DNA of 64,000 nucleotides from Mesorhizobium sp. (GCA_024710845.1 JANJTZ010000023.1:12248-76247), one strand, 5' to 3'; shown: positions 39,327 through 51,090, counted from the first letter of the stretch. Notes: generated from the letters alone by a model not told the origin. Made by a program: numbers and translations.

Positions 39327-40305
39327 CGCGAAGCTTCCGGTCGTCTTCTCGACCCATGCGCTGCATCCGGCCGCCGTCCCCGCGCTTGGCAACGTCTGCC
39401 GGCTCACCGTCGCGAGCGCGCTCGACGCGGCGACCCTGATCGCCGAATCGCGCGACGCCGCGGCCATCATCGTCCGCGCGCCGCTGCCCGAGGCGATCTT
39501 CCGGGACGCGCCGCTGCTGCGCGCGGCCGTGCGCCACGGCGCGGGCCTCGACATGATCCCGATGGAAGCGGCGACGGCAGCCGGCGTTCTGGTGGCCAAC
39601 GTGCCGGCGGTCAATGCGCGCTCGGTCGCGGAGCATGTCTTCTTCGTGACGATGGCGTTGCTCCGGCGTTTTCGCATGATGGACCGCGCCCTGCGCGCGC
39701 AGGGCTGGCTCGCCGGCCGGGCGCATGCCGAGCGGACCAACGAGCTGTCCGGCCGGTGCATCGGCATCGTCGGCTACGGCGCGGTCGGCCGGCAGGTGCA
39801 TGCGATCGCGGCGCGTGGCTTCGGGCTGGAGGTCGCGATCAACAGTCGCAGCCGGCCCGACGATCTCTCGGGTGCCGCCTTTCTCGATATCGACGCACTC
39901 GTTGCGCAGAGCGACATCCTGGTGCTCTGCTGCCCGCTGACGCCGGAGACGCGCGGCCTGATCGATGCGCGGCGGATCGGACTGATGAAGCCCGGCGCGC
40001 TGATCGTGAATGTCGCGCGGGGGCCCGTCATCGTCGACGAAGCACTGATTGCCGCGTTGCGCGAGGGACGCATCGGGGGGGCCGCACTCGACGTCTTCGC
40101 CACGCAGCCGCTGCCGTCCGACCACCCCTATTTCGCATTCGACAACGTGATCGTCACACCGCACATGGCAGGCGTCACCGAGGAGAGCATGATGCGGATG
40201 GGAACGGGCGCCGCGGCTGAAGTCGTGCGCATTCTCTCCGGCGAACTGCCCGTCAATCTGCGCAATCCCGAAGTCCTCCCGGCCTATCGCGCCCGCTTCG
40301 GTTGA
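39319..40305 (+). CDS. D-isomer-specific 2-hydroxyacid dehydrogenase family protein
   Basis: 328 aa; NAD site [12 protein letters not shown] and the catalytic region ...NVARG...TPHMAG. Confidence 0.9.
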   Translation: MPDAKLPVVFSTHALHPAAVPALGNVCRLTVASALDAATLIAESRDAAAIIVRAPLPEAIFRDAPLLRAAVRHGAGLDMIPMEAATAAGVLVANVPAVNARSVAEHVFFVTMALLRRFRMMDRALRAQGWLAGRAHAERTNELSGRCIGIVGYGAVGRQVHAIAARGFGLEVAINSRSRPDDLSGAAFLDIDALVAQSDILVLCCPLTPETRGLIDARRIGLMKPGALIVNVARGPVIVDEALIAALREGRIGGAALDVFATQPLPSDHPYFAFDNVIVTPHMAGVTEESMMRMGTGAAAEVVRILSGELPVNLRNPEVLPAYRARFG

Positions 40306-40454
40306 ACCTTTCGGCACCGGCTCGCCTGACGCGATATGTCAGGGCGACTCTATTCGTTAACTCATCGCCACCTCGCAGCCGCATTCGCTCCACATTCCGC
40401 CCCCGTTTCGCCCCTAGCGCGGGAGTCAGGATCAACGGCAGAGGGTGCCTACGG

Positions 40455-40802
40455 ATGCAGAACGGTTTCGGTGTTGTCTTGGCAGTGGCCATCGCGGGGG
40501 CGACGTTTTCAACAAATCCAGCCTTCGCCCAGTGCGGACGTGCATCGTGGTATGCGCTTCACTCCAAGACGGCATCGGGCGAACGGATGAACCCGTCCGC
40601 CATGACCGCGGCGCACCGTTCGCTCCCCTTCGGCACGAAAGTGCGCGTTACCAACAAGCACAACGGCAAGAGCGTGGTCGTGCGCATCAACGATCGCGGA
40701 CCGTTCATCAAGGGCCGCGTGATCGACCTTTCCAAGGGCGCCGCGAAGCAGATCGGCATGATCTCGCGCGGCCACGCCTCGATATGCATGGACAAGGTCT
40801 GA
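40455..40802 (+). CDS. RlpA-like (septal ring lytic transglycosylase family) DPBB domain protein
   Basis: 115 aa with signal peptide ...TNPAFA|QCG, then [38 protein letters not shown]...VRINDRGPF. Confidence 0.8.
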   Translation: MQNGFGVVLAVAIAGATFSTNPAFAQCGRASWYALHSKTASGERMNPSAMTAAHRSLPFGTKVRVTNKHNGKSVVVRINDRGPFIKGRVIDLSKGAAKQIGMISRGHASICMDKV

Positions 40803-40830
40803 GACAGGCGCTTTCGACGCGTGACCTGCG

Positions 40831-40861
40831 AGGGCGCGGCGAGAGCTGCGCCCTTTTTCTA
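40831..40861. terminator. Intrinsic terminator between convergent genes
   Basis: AGGGCGC-ggcgagagct-GCGCCCT followed by TTTTTCT, between the rlpA-like stop (40802) and the uppP stop (40865). Confidence 0.55.
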
Positions 40862-40864
40862 TCG

Positions 40865-41671
40865 TCAGCCGAGCATCAAAAGCGCGATCAGGCCGACGCC
40901 GCCGACCGCGATGCGCCACCAGCCGAACAGCGCGTAGCCGTGGCGCGAGACGTAATCGAGCAGGAAGCGCACGACGATAACTGCGGCGATGAAAGCCATG
41001 ACGAAGCCGGCCGCGATGACCGGCAGGTCCGCCGCCGAGAGGATGTCGCGGTTCTTGTAGAGGTCGTAGGCGAAGGCACCCGTCATGGTCGGCATCGCGA
41101 GGAAGAACGAGAATTCCGCAGCCGAGCGCTTGTCGGCGCCCATCAGGAGCGAACCGACGATGGTCGCGCCCGATCGCGAGGTGCCGGGGATCATGGCGAG
41201 ACACTGGAACAGGCCGATCTTCAGGCAGAGCGACAGCGGATAATCCATGATGTCGGTGTAGCGCGGCTGGAGCGCCCAGCGGTCGACCCAGAGCAGCACG
41301 ACGCCGCCGAGAAGAAGCATGACGCAGATCAGCATCGGCGTCTCGAACAATACCGTCTTGATGAAGTCGTGGGCGAGCGCGCCGACGACGGCCGCCGGCA
41401 GGAAGGCGACGAGAATGCCGAGCACGAAACGCTGCGTGCGACCGTCGCGCGGCAGGTCGACCAGCAGCTTCCACAGCCGGCCGAAATAGACCGAAAGGAT
41501 GGCCAGGATCGCGCCGAGCTGGATCAGCACCTCGAACGCCTTGCCGGTCGACTTAAAGCCGAGGAAATGCCCGGCCAGCAGGATATGCCCGGTGGACGAG
41601 ACCGGGATGAACTCGGTCAGCCCCTCAAGCAGGCCCAGCAACAGGGCCGAAACGATGGATTGATCCTGCAT
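40865..41671 (-). CDS. uppP: Undecaprenyl-diphosphate phosphatase
   Basis: 268 aa; [17 protein letters not shown]...[10 protein letters not shown] are BacA/UppP motifs. Confidence 0.95.
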   Translation of the reverse strand: MQDQSIVSALLLGLLEGLTEFIPVSSTGHILLAGHFLGFKSTGKAFEVLIQLGAILAILSVYFGRLWKLLVDLPRDGRTQRFVLGILVAFLPAAVVGALAHDFIKTVLFETPMLICVMLLLGGVVLLWVDRWALQPRYTDIMDYPLSLCLKIGLFQCLAMIPGTSRSGATIVGSLLMGADKRSAAEFSFFLAMPTMTGAFAYDLYKNRDILSAADLPVIAAGFVMAFIAAVIVVRFLLDYVSRHGYALFGWWRIAVGGVGLIALLMLG

Positions 41672-41838
41672 GGAGCGCTCCGGCCAGGCGGCTTGCTTGT
41701 CATCGACGGGTCGAGCCCGTATAGGTCGGCTCGAATCCCGACCTCGACGGGTGGCGCAGGATTAGCCGCCCCGACCGCAAAACGCCAGTGCCGCGCCGAG
41801 GCATTCCGCAGCCTCGCCGAAGCGCCCAGACCGGATCG

Positions 41839-42531
41839 ATGCTGACGCTCTTCCACCACCCCATGAATGCAGCCAGCCGATTCGTCAGGCTCGCCTTTGG
41901 CGAGTATGGCGAAGAGCTGGAACTGATCGAGGAGAAGCCCTGGGCGCGCCGCAAGGAGTTCCTGGCGCTCAACCCCGCAGGCACCTTGCCTGTGCTGCTG
42001 GCGGAAGGCGACTTCCCTGTCGTCGGTGCGAGCGCGATCGCCGAGTATGTCGACGAGACGCGCGGCGTGCTGAAACGCGACAAGCGGCTGTTTGCCGAGG
42101 ATTCGATCGGGCGCGCCGAAATCCGCCGGCTGTGCGACTGGTACCTGGTCAAGACCGAGGGCGAGGTGACGCGCCACCTGGTGCGAGAACGCGTCTTCAA
42201 GCCGCACATGCCGACGTCGCAGGGCGGCGGCTCGCCCGATTCGGCAGCGATCCGCGCGGCGCGGGCCAACATCAAGCAGCACCTGAAATATACCAACTGG
42301 CTGGCAGGCACACGCGACTGGCTCGCCGGAACCCGTATGAGCTACGCGGACCTCGCCGCCGCCGCTTCGCTGTCGATCCTTGACTATCTGGGCGAAGTCG
42401 ACTGGCTGGAGAACGTGGCGGCCCGCGACTGGTACAGCCGGATCAAATCCCGTCCGGCCTTCCGGCCGCTCCTCAACGACCGCGTGCGCGGCCTGTCTCC
42501 TGCCGCGCACTACGCCAATCTCGACTTCTAG
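41839..42531 (+). CDS. Glutathione S-transferase family protein
   Basis: 230 aa starting [20 protein letters not shown]...[11 protein letters not shown]...ASAIAEYV, a thioredoxin-like N-domain with a GST C-domain. Confidence 0.8.
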   Translation: MLTLFHHPMNAASRFVRLAFGEYGEELELIEEKPWARRKEFLALNPAGTLPVLLAEGDFPVVGASAIAEYVDETRGVLKRDKRLFAEDSIGRAEIRRLCDWYLVKTEGEVTRHLVRERVFKPHMPTSQGGGSPDSAAIRAARANIKQHLKYTNWLAGTRDWLAGTRMSYADLAAAASLSILDYLGEVDWLENVAARDWYSRIKSRPAFRPLLNDRVRGLSPAAHYANLDF

Positions 42532-42535
42532 AACG

Positions 42536-43702
42536 ATGCGCGCGGCACCGGCAACGAGACCGGAGACGCTGCGGCCGTTCATCGATCGCGAGGCGAAACG
42601 GCTGGGCTTCGCGGCCGTTGCGATCACCAGGCCTGACACGATCCCGCTTGCCCGCGAACGGCTGGCCGCGGCCCTGTCGGCCGGCCACCACGGCGACATG
42701 GACTGGCTAGAGGAGACCTTCCAACGCCGCGCGGCACCCGCCTCGCTCTGGCCCGACGTGCGCAGCGTCGTCATGCTCGCCATGAACTACCGACCCGACG
42801 AGAACCCGCTCGACATCCTCGCGCGCAAGGACCGGGCGGCGATCTCCGTCTACGCCCGCAACCGCGACTATCACGACGTCATCAAGGGCAGGCTGAAGGA
42901 ACTGGCCGGCAAGATCGCCGCCCGCGCCGGCGGCGACGTCAAGGTCTTCGTCGATACCGCGCCGGTGATGGAAAAGCCGCTCGCCGAAGCCGCCGGTCTC
43001 GGCTGGCAGGGAAAGCACACCAATCTCGTCAGCCGCGAGTTCGGCTCCTGGCTCTTCCTCGGCTCTATCTTCACCACGGTCGAACTGCCGGTCGACGCGC
43101 CCGAGGTCGACCATTGCGGCTCGTGTCGCGCCTGCCTCGACATTTGCCCGACCAACGCGTTTCCGGCACCCTACCGGCTCGATGCGCGGCGCTGCATCTC
43201 CTACCTGACGATCGAGAACAAGGGCCCGATCCCGCGCGAGTTCCGCGCCGCGATCGGCAACCGCATCTTCGGCTGCGATGATTGCCTCGCCGCCTGCCCG
43301 TGGAACAAGTTCGCGGCGGCGGCCTCGGAGGCTAAGCTCGTCGCACGCGACGATCTCAAGGCGCCGCGCATCGCCGACCTGCTGATGCTGGACGATCCGG
43401 CGTTCCGGACCCTGTTCACCGGCTCGCCGGTCAAACGCATCGGCCGCGATCGTTTCATTCGCAACTTACTGATCGCGGCCGGCAATTCGGGCGACGCGTC
43501 GCTGATACCGCGCTGCCGAGACCTCGCGAGCGACCCCTCGCCGCTGGTACGCGGGGCGGCGGTGTGGGCGCTTTCTCGGCTGATGGACGATCAATCGTTC
43601 GCGGCTTTCGCGAGCGGCCGGGAGGCCGCGGAAAGCGACGCCTCCGTCCGCGAGGAATGGGCAGCCGCGCTCGCCGAGCGACGTGAAAGGCTCTCTGCAT
43701 GA
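42536..43702 (+). CDS. queG: Epoxyqueuosine reductase
   Basis: 388 aa; two 4Fe-4S motifs ([21 protein letters not shown]) plus a C-terminal HEAT-like region. Confidence 0.9.
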   Translation: MRAAPATRPETLRPFIDREAKRLGFAAVAITRPDTIPLARERLAAALSAGHHGDMDWLEETFQRRAAPASLWPDVRSVVMLAMNYRPDENPLDILARKDRAAISVYARNRDYHDVIKGRLKELAGKIAARAGGDVKVFVDTAPVMEKPLAEAAGLGWQGKHTNLVSREFGSWLFLGSIFTTVELPVDAPEVDHCGSCRACLDICPTNAFPAPYRLDARRCISYLTIENKGPIPREFRAAIGNRIFGCDDCLAACPWNKFAAAASEAKLVARDDLKAPRIADLLMLDDPAFRTLFTGSPVKRIGRDRFIRNLLIAAGNSGDASLIPRCRDLASDPSPLVRGAAVWALSRLMDDQSFAAFASGREAAESDASVREEWAAALAERRERLSA

Positions 43703-44580
43703 ACATGCGCATCTTCCTGTTCGGCGCCGGCTACTCCGCGCTCGCCTTTGCCAGGCTCGCCAGAGACCAAGCGCCGTCCGTCGCCGGCACGACCCGCAGC
43801 GAACACAAGTTCGGCGCTTTGCGCGACGCCGGGATCGAACCCTTCGTCTTCGACGGCACGGCCGTGTCGCCGGAGATTGCGGCAGAACTCGCCCGCGTCA
43901 CGCATATCGTCGTGTCGGCCGGGCCTTCGGACGCCGGCGATCCGGTGATTGCGGCCGCGCGCGGTCTGCTCGTCCACGCGACCCCCGCGTTGCGCTGGAT
44001 CGGTTACCTGTCCACGGTCGGCGTTTACGGCAATTATGACGGCGAATGGATCGATGAGTCGGCGGATTGCCGCCCGCGTCCGGGCCGCTCGGACAACAGG
44101 TTGGAGGCCGAAAAGCAATGGCGCGAGCTCGCCGCCGAGCGCGGCGTCCCGCTGGCGATCCTGCGGCTCTCGGGCATCTACGGTGCGGGCCGCAACGCCT
44201 TCGTCAACCTGGAGGCGGGCACGGCGCGGCGCATCGTCAAGCCGGGCCAGATCTTCAACCGCATCCATGTCGACGACATTGCCGGCAGCCTGCTGCACCT
44301 GGCGCGGCTGGAAGCCGGCGGGGTCTTCAACGTCACCGACGACGAGCCCGCGCCGCCGCAGGACGTTGTCGCCTACGCCGCTGGCCTGATGGGCGTTGCG
44401 CCGCCGCCCGAGATCGACTTCGATACCGCCGACCTCTCGCCCATGGCCCGGTCCTTCTACGGCGAGAACAAGCGCGTCTCGAATGCGAAGCTGAAGGCGA
44501 CCGGCTACCGCTTCGTGCACCCGAACTACCGCGCCGCGCTGAGCTCGATGTGGGAAAAGGGCAACTGGCGCCGGGATTGA
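43699..44580 (+). CDS. NAD(P)-binding Rossmann-fold protein (SDR/epimerase family)
   Basis: 293 aa starting [15 protein letters not shown]...STVGVYG. ATGA overlap with queG. Confidence 0.7.
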   Translation: MNMRIFLFGAGYSALAFARLARDQAPSVAGTTRSEHKFGALRDAGIEPFVFDGTAVSPEIAAELARVTHIVVSAGPSDAGDPVIAAARGLLVHATPALRWIGYLSTVGVYGNYDGEWIDESADCRPRPGRSDNRLEAEKQWRELAAERGVPLAILRLSGIYGAGRNAFVNLEAGTARRIVKPGQIFNRIHVDDIAGSLLHLARLEAGGVFNVTDDEPAPPQDVVAYAAGLMGVAPPPEIDFDTADLSPMARSFYGENKRVSNAKLKATGYRFVHPNYRAALSSMWEKGNWRRD

Positions 44581-44710
44581 TCGAATCGACGCCCGCGCGG
44601 CCTTCCACCCGCGCTGCTCGTTTCGTAGCATTCACCCTCCATTAATCCTTCGCCGCCCACGCTTTGCCATTGTTGTCGGGCAGGAAGGCCTCGGACATCG
44701 GGGACTGGAT

Positions 44711-45751
44711 ATGAGCAAGATCGTGCGAAGCGCCTTCGCGGGCCTCATCGCGGCACTCGCCGTGGCCGGCGGAACGGCGACGGCGAATGCCGAGCAACTC
44801 GCCAAGAACCTTTTCGGCGCCAAGACCCTGCCGGCGGCGATCGCGCCCAAATCCTACGGCTTCTATTCCAAGGGCTGCTTCTCGGGCGGCGTCGCCATCG
44901 CCACCGACGGTCCCAACTGGCAAGCGATGCGGTTGTCGCGCAACCGGCGCTGGGGCCACCCCACGATGATCAACCTCATCGAAAAGCTGTCGCGCGATTC
45001 CGCCAAGGACGGCTGGCCTGGCCTTCTCCTCGGCGACATCTCGCAGCCGCGCGGCGGCCCGATGCTGACCGGCCATGCCTCGCACCAGATCGGGCTCGAC
45101 GCCGACATCTGGCTGACGCCGATGCCCGACAAGCGGCTGAGCGCGAGCGAACGCGAGAACATGAGCGCCACGCTGATGGTCGACGAGCGGACGCATCTGG
45201 TAAAGGACAGGCTCTGGACCCAGGCGCATACCAACCTGCTCAAACGCGCCGCCAGCTACCCGGAGGTCGAGCGAATCCTGGTCAATCCGGGCATCAAGAA
45301 GAAGCTCTGCGACACGGTGAGCGGTGATCGCTCCTGGCTGCGCAAGGTGCGGCCGTTCTGGGGCCACGACTACCACTTCCACATCCGCATCGGCTGCCAG
45401 CCCGGTTCGACAGAGTGCCGCGGCCAGGCGAAGGTCGAAGCTGGCGACGGCTGCGACAAGTCGCTTGCCTGGTGGTTCACCGAAGAACCCTGGCGCCCCA
45501 ACAAGAACCCGGACGCCCCCAAGGCGCGCGACATCATGACGATGAAGAGCCTGCCGGCGGCCTGCGTGGCGGTGTTGAACGCGCCCTCGCCCGTCTCGGA
45601 GGCAGCGGTGACGGTGCGCGGCGTCGGCAGCCCCCCGCCGACCATCGCGGCGTCGTCCAGCGCTTCGACGCCGGTGACGGCCAACGCGTTCACGGAGATT
45701 CCGCTCGACCGTATCCCGATCCCGATGTTCCGGCCCGATCCGGGGCAGTGA
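44711..45751 (+). CDS. mepA: Penicillin-insensitive murein endopeptidase
   Basis: 346 aa; signal peptide, then GHASHQIGLDADIW and WGHDYHFHIRIGC zinc motifs. Confidence 0.9.
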   Translation: MSKIVRSAFAGLIAALAVAGGTATANAEQLAKNLFGAKTLPAAIAPKSYGFYSKGCFSGGVAIATDGPNWQAMRLSRNRRWGHPTMINLIEKLSRDSAKDGWPGLLLGDISQPRGGPMLTGHASHQIGLDADIWLTPMPDKRLSASERENMSATLMVDERTHLVKDRLWTQAHTNLLKRAASYPEVERILVNPGIKKKLCDTVSGDRSWLRKVRPFWGHDYHFHIRIGCQPGSTECRGQAKVEAGDGCDKSLAWWFTEEPWRPNKNPDAPKARDIMTMKSLPAACVAVLNAPSPVSEAAVTVRGVGSPPPTIAASSSASTPVTANAFTEIPLDRIPIPMFRPDPGQ

Positions 45752-45835
45752 GGCATCAACTTACCGCTTCCTTCCGGCAGGCTTGTGGGCTATGCCATCC
45801 GCTGACTTCAAACGATTTAGCCGGATGGTTCGCGC

Positions 45836-46213
45836 GTGCGTATCGCCCTCATCGCGCATGACGAAAAGAAGGACGACCTCGTCGCTTTCGCCGGCGCCCA
45901 CCGCGACTTCCTCAAGCGTTGCGACCTGGTCGCCACCGGCACGACCGGCGGGCGCGTCGCCGAGGCCTGGCCGGAACTGGCTGTGCGGCGGCTGAAGAGC
46001 GGCCCGCTCGGCGGCGACCAGCAGATCGGCGCGCTGATCGCGGAAGGCCAGGTCGATGCGCTGATCTTCTTCGTCGATCCGCTCACGCCGATGCCGCACG
46101 ATGTGGACGTCAAGGCGCTGATGCGGCTCGCGATCGTCTACGATATTCCAATGGCCTTGAATCGCGCCACCGCCGAGATCATCCTGACCGGCAAGAAGGC
46201 GGCGCAGGCGTAA
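45836..46213 (+). CDS. mgsA: Methylglyoxal synthase
   Basis: 125 aa with GTG start; [14 protein letters not shown]...LVATGTTGG...[11 protein letters not shown]...[15 protein letters not shown]. Confidence 0.9.
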   Translation: MRIALIAHDEKKDDLVAFAGAHRDFLKRCDLVATGTTGGRVAEAWPELAVRRLKSGPLGGDQQIGALIAEGQVDALIFFVDPLTPMPHDVDVKALMRLAIVYDIPMALNRATAEIILTGKKAAQA

Positions 46214-46235
46214 GGCCATTGCAACGGGGGAGAGT

Positions 46236-47261
46236 ATGGCCCGAATCACCGACACCGACACGGTCCTCAACTTCCCCGTCCTGATTGGGGATATCGGGGG
46301 CACCAATGCGCGCTTCGCGATCCTGATCGATTCCTACGCCGAGCCGAAGGAGTTCCCGGTCGTCCAGACCGCCGACTTCGCGACCATCGATCAGGCGATC
46401 CAGACGATGATCCTGGACCGAACCTCGGTCCAGCCGCGCTCGGCCGTGCTCGCTGTCGCGGGACCCGTGGACGGCGACGAGATCCACCTGACGAATTGCC
46501 CCTGGATCGTGCGACCCAAGGCGATGCAGGCCGAACTCGGCCTGCAGGACATCGTTGTGCTCAACGATTTCGAGGCGCAGGCGCTGGCTGTCGTCGCGCT
46601 CGGCGACGAGCACATGATCCGCATCGGTTCGGGCACCGCTGAACCCGCCGCCAGCCGCGTCGTGCTCGGTCCCGGTACGGGGCTCGGCGTCGCCGGCCTC
46701 GTGCATGCGCGGCGCACCTGGATCCCGGTGCCCGGCGAAGGCGGGCATATGGACATGGGTCCGCGCACACCCCGCGATTTCGAGGTCTTCCCGCATCTCG
46801 AGCGGATCGAGGGCCGCATTTCGGGCGAACAACTGCTGTGCGGTCGCGGCCTCGTCAACATCTACCACGCCATCGGCAAGGCGGACGGGACCGCCACGCC
46901 GTTCACCACACCGGCAGAGATCACCAGTGCCGCGCTCGACGGCTCCGACAAGACCTCCAGCGAGGCGGTTTCGATGTTTTGCACCTGCCTCGGGCGCATC
47001 GCCGGCGACCTGGCGCTTGTGTTCATGAGCAAGGGCGGCGTCTATCTCACGGGCGGCATCGCGCAGAAGATCGTGCCGCTGCTCCTGAAAAGCGACTTCC
47101 GCGCCGCTTTCGAAGACAAGGCCCCGCACTCCGCGCTGATGCGCGACATGCCGGTCTATGTGATCATCCATCCGATGGCGGCACTTCTCGGTCTCGCCGC
47201 CTATGCGCGGACGCCGGGACGCTTCGGAGTCGAGACGTCGGGCCGCCGCTGGCGGCCATAG
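46236..47261 (+). CDS. glk: Glucokinase
   Basis: 341 aa; [13 protein letters not shown]...GPGTGLGVA...GEGGH. Confidence 0.9.
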   Translation: MARITDTDTVLNFPVLIGDIGGTNARFAILIDSYAEPKEFPVVQTADFATIDQAIQTMILDRTSVQPRSAVLAVAGPVDGDEIHLTNCPWIVRPKAMQAELGLQDIVVLNDFEAQALAVVALGDEHMIRIGSGTAEPAASRVVLGPGTGLGVAGLVHARRTWIPVPGEGGHMDMGPRTPRDFEVFPHLERIEGRISGEQLLCGRGLVNIYHAIGKADGTATPFTTPAEITSAALDGSDKTSSEAVSMFCTCLGRIAGDLALVFMSKGGVYLTGGIAQKIVPLLLKSDFRAAFEDKAPHSALMRDMPVYVIIHPMAALLGLAAYARTPGRFGVETSGRRWRP

Positions 47262-47372
47262 CGGGCAATCTGTGGCATCGCTGCCATAGGCAAGCGCGGC
47301 GCATGCCGCTATGAGCGTGCCACGGCGCAGGGTCGCAACTGGCGCGTCGAAGGGCAGCAGGACAGGACCGAC

Positions 47373-49205
47373 TTGGCGGCAGAGAGCACCAGTGGACGTG
47401 TGGGCGCGGGCGAAGTCGTTACCGTTCTGAAACGCATGCTCGCCGAGAACGGCCGAGAGTATCTCGGCTATTACGGGCTCGCAGTCGTCTGCCTGTTGGC
47501 CTTCGCCGCGACGACGGCCTTCACCGCCTACATCATGCGCGACATCGTCGATCTGCTGTTCACGGAAAAGCGCCACGACCTGATCTGGATCATCTGCGGC
47601 TCCATCGTCGTCGCCTTCGTAATCCGCGGGCTCGCCACATACGGCCAGGCCGTCCTTCTGGCCAAGATCGGCAACAATCTCGTCGCGAGCTACCAGCGCC
47701 GCATCGTCGACCAGTTGATGCGGCTCGACGTCGGCTTCTACACCGCCACCCGCTCGGGGCAACTCGCGGCGCGGATCAACGAGAACGTCACCGGCATCCG
47801 CGACATCCTGTCGATGACGCTGACCGCGATCGCGCGCGACGCGGTGTCCCTGATCGCACTGCTCGGCGTCATGGTCTACCAGGATCCGGTCCTGTCGGTG
47901 GTCGCACTGGTGATCGGCCCGCCGATCCTGATTGCCGTCAACTATCTGATGCGGCGGCTGCGGCGCGCCACGCGTGAGGCGGTCGAAGTGAATTCGCGGT
48001 TGATTGGCGCCATGCAGGAGGCCACGCAGGGCATCACCATCGTCAAGGCGTTCACGATGGAGCAGCAGCTTTCCGACAAGATCGGCGTGCTCATCGACTT
48101 CGCCGAGGCGCGGGCAAACCGCATCGCGCGTATCTCGGAGCGGATGACACCGGTCACCGAGATACTCGCCGGGCTCGCGATCGCCGGCGTCATCGCCTAT
48201 GCCGGCTATCGTTCCGCCGTCGCGCAGGAATCGCCGGGCGCGGTCATGTCCTTCATCACCGCGCTCCTGCTGGCCTACGAGCCGGCCAAGCGCCTCGCCC
48301 GGGTGCAGGCCAATCTCGAGCGCGCCCTGGTCAATGCGCGAATGATCTACGAGATCCTCGACATCGAGCCACAGCAGGGCGACCGCCCGGGCGCCGCCAA
48401 CATCAGGGTTGGCAAGGGCGAGGTGGCCTTTCGCGATGTCGAGTTCGCCTATGCCGAGGGTCAACCGGTGCTGCTTGGCGTCAGCTTCAAGGCGCGCGCC
48501 GGCAAGACGACGGCGATCGTCGGATCCTCGGGCGCCGGCAAGTCGACCATCGTTGCGCTCTTGCAGCGCTTCTACGATCCCACTGCCGGGGTCATCGAGA
48601 TCGATGGCCAGGACATCGCGGGCGTGACCAAGCAGTCGCTGCGGCGCTCCATCGCCTATGTCTCGCAGCAGCCCTACCTTTTCGAGGGTACGATCCGCGA
48701 CAATATCCGCTACGGTAGACCCGAGGCGAGCGACGCGGAGGTCGAGGAGGCGGCGCGGCTGGCGCAGGCCACAGAGTTCATCTCCGCCCAGCCGCATGGC
48801 TGGAACACCATGGTCGGCGAGAACGGCGTGACACTGTCGGGCGGCCAGCGCCAGCGCCTGTCGATCGCCCGCGCGATCCTGCGCGACGCGCCGATCCTGC
48901 TGCTCGACGAAGCAACCTCCGCGCTCGACAATGAATCGGAGGCCAAGGTCCAGCGGGCGCTCGACACCGTGATGCAGGGGCGCACGACCCTTGTCATCGC
49001 GCACCGGCTGTCGACGGTCGTCAACGCCGACCATATCATCGTGCTCGAGAGCGGCCGGCTGGTCGAGGAGGGCACGCACCGCGGCCTTCTGGCGAAACAG
49101 CAAGGAGCCTATGCGCGGTTCCATTTCATGCAGGACCGCGCGGGCGAAGCGGCTGAAGTCGTCGCCGACAAGCCGCGCCGGCGCCGGACGGGGGGAGTGC
49201 GATGA
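47373..49205 (+). CDS. ABC transporter, fused permease/ATPase (type I exporter, MsbA-like)
   Basis: Six-helix TMD followed by Walker [10 protein letters not shown], signature LSGGQRQR and Walker [10 protein letters not shown]. The 47373 start is non-ATG; ATG at 47436 is an alternative. Confidence 0.85.
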   Translation: MAAESTSGRVGAGEVVTVLKRMLAENGREYLGYYGLAVVCLLAFAATTAFTAYIMRDIVDLLFTEKRHDLIWIICGSIVVAFVIRGLATYGQAVLLAKIGNNLVASYQRRIVDQLMRLDVGFYTATRSGQLAARINENVTGIRDILSMTLTAIARDAVSLIALLGVMVYQDPVLSVVALVIGPPILIAVNYLMRRLRRATREAVEVNSRLIGAMQEATQGITIVKAFTMEQQLSDKIGVLIDFAEARANRIARISERMTPVTEILAGLAIAGVIAYAGYRSAVAQESPGAVMSFITALLLAYEPAKRLARVQANLERALVNARMIYEILDIEPQQGDRPGAANIRVGKGEVAFRDVEFAYAEGQPVLLGVSFKARAGKTTAIVGSSGAGKSTIVALLQRFYDPTAGVIEIDGQDIAGVTKQSLRRSIAYVSQQPYLFEGTIRDNIRYGRPEASDAEVEEAARLAQATEFISAQPHGWNTMVGENGVTLSGGQRQRLSIARAILRDAPILLLDEATSALDNESEAKVQRALDTVMQGRTTLVIAHRLSTVVNADHIIVLESGRLVEEGTHRGLLAKQQGAYARFHFMQDRAGEAAEVVADKPRRRRTGGVR

Positions 49206-50011
49206 GCGACATGAAGCTTGTGGTGGTGGGTGCCGCGGGTCGTATGGGCCGGACCCTCGTCCGCATCATCGCCGAGACACAAGGCGCGGTGCTGGCCGGC
49301 GCGATCGAGCGCGAGGATTCGCCGCATCTCGGGCAGGACGCGGGCGTTCTCGCCGGAACCGGGCCGAATGGAGTGATGGTCTCCTCCGACACGCTGCCCG
49401 TCTTCGCCAAGGCCGATGGCGTTCTCGACTTCACCTCGCCGGCTGCGACCGTCGGCTTCGCCGCCTATGCGGCGCAGGCGCATGTGGTGCATGTCATCGG
49501 CACGACCGGCTGTTCGGCCGACGACGAGGCGAAGATCCAGGCCGCCGCGCGCCACACGCCGATCGTCAAGTCCGGCAACATGAGCCTCGGCGTCAACCTG
49601 CTCGGCGTGCTGGTGATACAGGCGGCGCGCGCGCTCGACGCCGATTTCGACATCGAGATCCTGGAAATGCACCACAGGCACAAGGTCGACGCGCCCTCCG
49701 GCACCGCGCTGCTGCTCGGCCGGGCGGCAGCGGAAGGACGCGGCATCGACCTCGCCGACCACAGCGTCCGGGTGCGTGACGGGCATACCGGTCCCCGGCC
49801 CGACGGCGCAATCGGCTTTGCGACGCTGCGCGGCGGCTCCGTCGTCGGCGACCATTCAGTTATCCTTGCCGGCGCCGGCGAGCGCATCGTCCTGTCGCAT
49901 CATGCCGAGGACCGTGCGATCTTCGCGCGCGGTGCAGTCAAGGCGGCACTCTGGGCGCATGGACGCAAGCCCGGCCTCTACTCCATGCTCGACGTGCTCG
50001 GCCTGTCCTGA
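49202..50011 (+). CDS. dapB: 4-hydroxy-tetrahydrodipicolinate reductase
   Basis: 269 aa starting [14 protein letters not shown]...[19 protein letters not shown] overlap with the ABC gene. Confidence 0.95.
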   Translation: MSDMKLVVVGAAGRMGRTLVRIIAETQGAVLAGAIEREDSPHLGQDAGVLAGTGPNGVMVSSDTLPVFAKADGVLDFTSPAATVGFAAYAAQAHVVHVIGTTGCSADDEAKIQAAARHTPIVKSGNMSLGVNLLGVLVIQAARALDADFDIEILEMHHRHKVDAPSGTALLLGRAAAEGRGIDLADHSVRVRDGHTGPRPDGAIGFATLRGGSVVGDHSVILAGAGERIVLSHHAEDRAIFARGAVKAALWAHGRKPGLYSMLDVLGLS

Positions 50012-50466
50012 TGCCGCGCTGCTGGATCGGCGTGGCCGCGGCGCGTCATGTGCGGATCGCGGTGGAGAGCGGCTTCGCCATGTTCGCTCACGGCAGGCAC
50101 TCGGCCGCGCTGCGCACGCAGCCGGGCGACTGGGTCGCCTACTACAGCCCGCGCGAGGGCATGAACGAGGGCGGGGAAGTGCGCGCCTTCGCTGTGATCG
50201 GCCGCATCCTTCCCGGCGAACCTCATGAACGGCAGATGACCGCTGCCGGCGACACCGGCTGGCAGCGGAATGCCGAATGGCTGCCCTCCCGCAACGCCGA
50301 CATCTATCCCCTGCTTGACCGCTTCTCCTTCGTGCGCGACAGAGGCCATTGGGGCATGTATTTCAGGAAATCGCTCTTTCCGATCGAGCGCGGCGACTTC
50401 GCCCTGATCGCCGCGTCGATGGGCGTCGGCGACGCCTTCGAGGGAGCCAGAACGCAAGAGGACTAG
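50011..50466 (+). CDS. EVE (PUA-like) domain protein
   Basis: 151 aa; PRCWIGVAAARHVRIAVESGF...PGDWVAYYSP...VIGRI pattern. TGATG overlap with dapB; gpmA starts 3 nt after its stop. Confidence 0.7.
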   Translation: MPRCWIGVAAARHVRIAVESGFAMFAHGRHSAALRTQPGDWVAYYSPREGMNEGGEVRAFAVIGRILPGEPHERQMTAAGDTGWQRNAEWLPSRNADIYPLLDRFSFVRDRGHWGMYFRKSLFPIERGDFALIAASMGVGDAFEGARTQED

Positions 50467-50469
50467 ACA

Positions 50470-51090
50470 ATGTCGCGCACGCTCGTGCTCGTCCGCCACG
50501 GACAGAGCGAATGGAATCTGAAGAACCTGTTCACCGGATGGCGCGACGTCGACCTCACCGAACAGGGCACGGCGGAAGCCAAAGCGGCCGGCCAGCGGCT
50601 GAAGGCCAAGGGGCTGAAATTCGACATCGCCTTCACTTCCGTTCTGATGCGCGCCGAGAAGAGCTGCGCGTTGATCCTCGCCGAACTCGGGCAGACGGGT
50701 CTCAAGACGATCCGCGACCAGGCGCTCAACGAGCGCGATTACGGCGACCTCTCCGGCCTCAACAAGGACGACGCGCGGGCCAAATGGGGCGAGGAACAGG
50801 TGCACATCTGGCGCCGCTCCTACGACGTGCCGCCGCCGGGCGGCGAGAGCCTGAAGGACACCGGAGCCCGCGTCTGGCCCTATTACATCCACACCATCCA
50901 GCCGCATGTCCTGTCCGGCGGCAACGTGCTCGTCGCGGCGCACGGCAACTCGCTGCGCGCACTGATCATGGCGCTCGACGGCCTGACCGGCGAGGAAGTG
51001 GTGAAGATGGAACTGGCGACCGGAGTGCCGGTCGTCTACCGGCTCAACGCCGATTCCACCGTCGCGTCGAAGGAACTGCTGACGGCCTGA
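50470..51090 (+). CDS. gpmA: 2,3-bisphosphoglycerate-dependent phosphoglycerate mutase
   Basis: 206 aa; [20 protein letters not shown] (catalytic RHG)...[10 protein letters not shown]. Confidence 0.95.
   Translation: MSRTLVLVRHGQSEWNLKNLFTGWRDVDLTEQGTAEAKAAGQRLKAKGLKFDIAFTSVLMRAEKSCALILAELGQTGLKTIRDQALNERDYGDLSGLNKDDARAKWGEEQVHIWRRSYDVPPPGGESLKDTGARVWPYYIHTIQPHVLSGGNVLVAAHGNSLRALIMALDGLTGEEVVKMELATGVPVVYRLNADSTVASKELLTA

Noticed and set aside
40345-40420. Third member of the ATTCGCY repeat family upstream of the rlpA-like gene
   Set aside because: It shares words such as CATTCGC and TTCGCCCCTAG. However, the TCG anchors are spaced irregularly (8-12 nt), and such GC-rich words are common in this genome. 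Similarity is too weak without statistics.
46179-49124. 981-aa ORF on the minus strand spanning glk and the ABC exporter
   Set aside because: It runs antisense to two genes with strong family signatures. Its translation is Arg/Gly/Asp/Ala-rich low-complexity with no motifs. This is a typical stop-codon-poor antisense frame of high-GC DNA.
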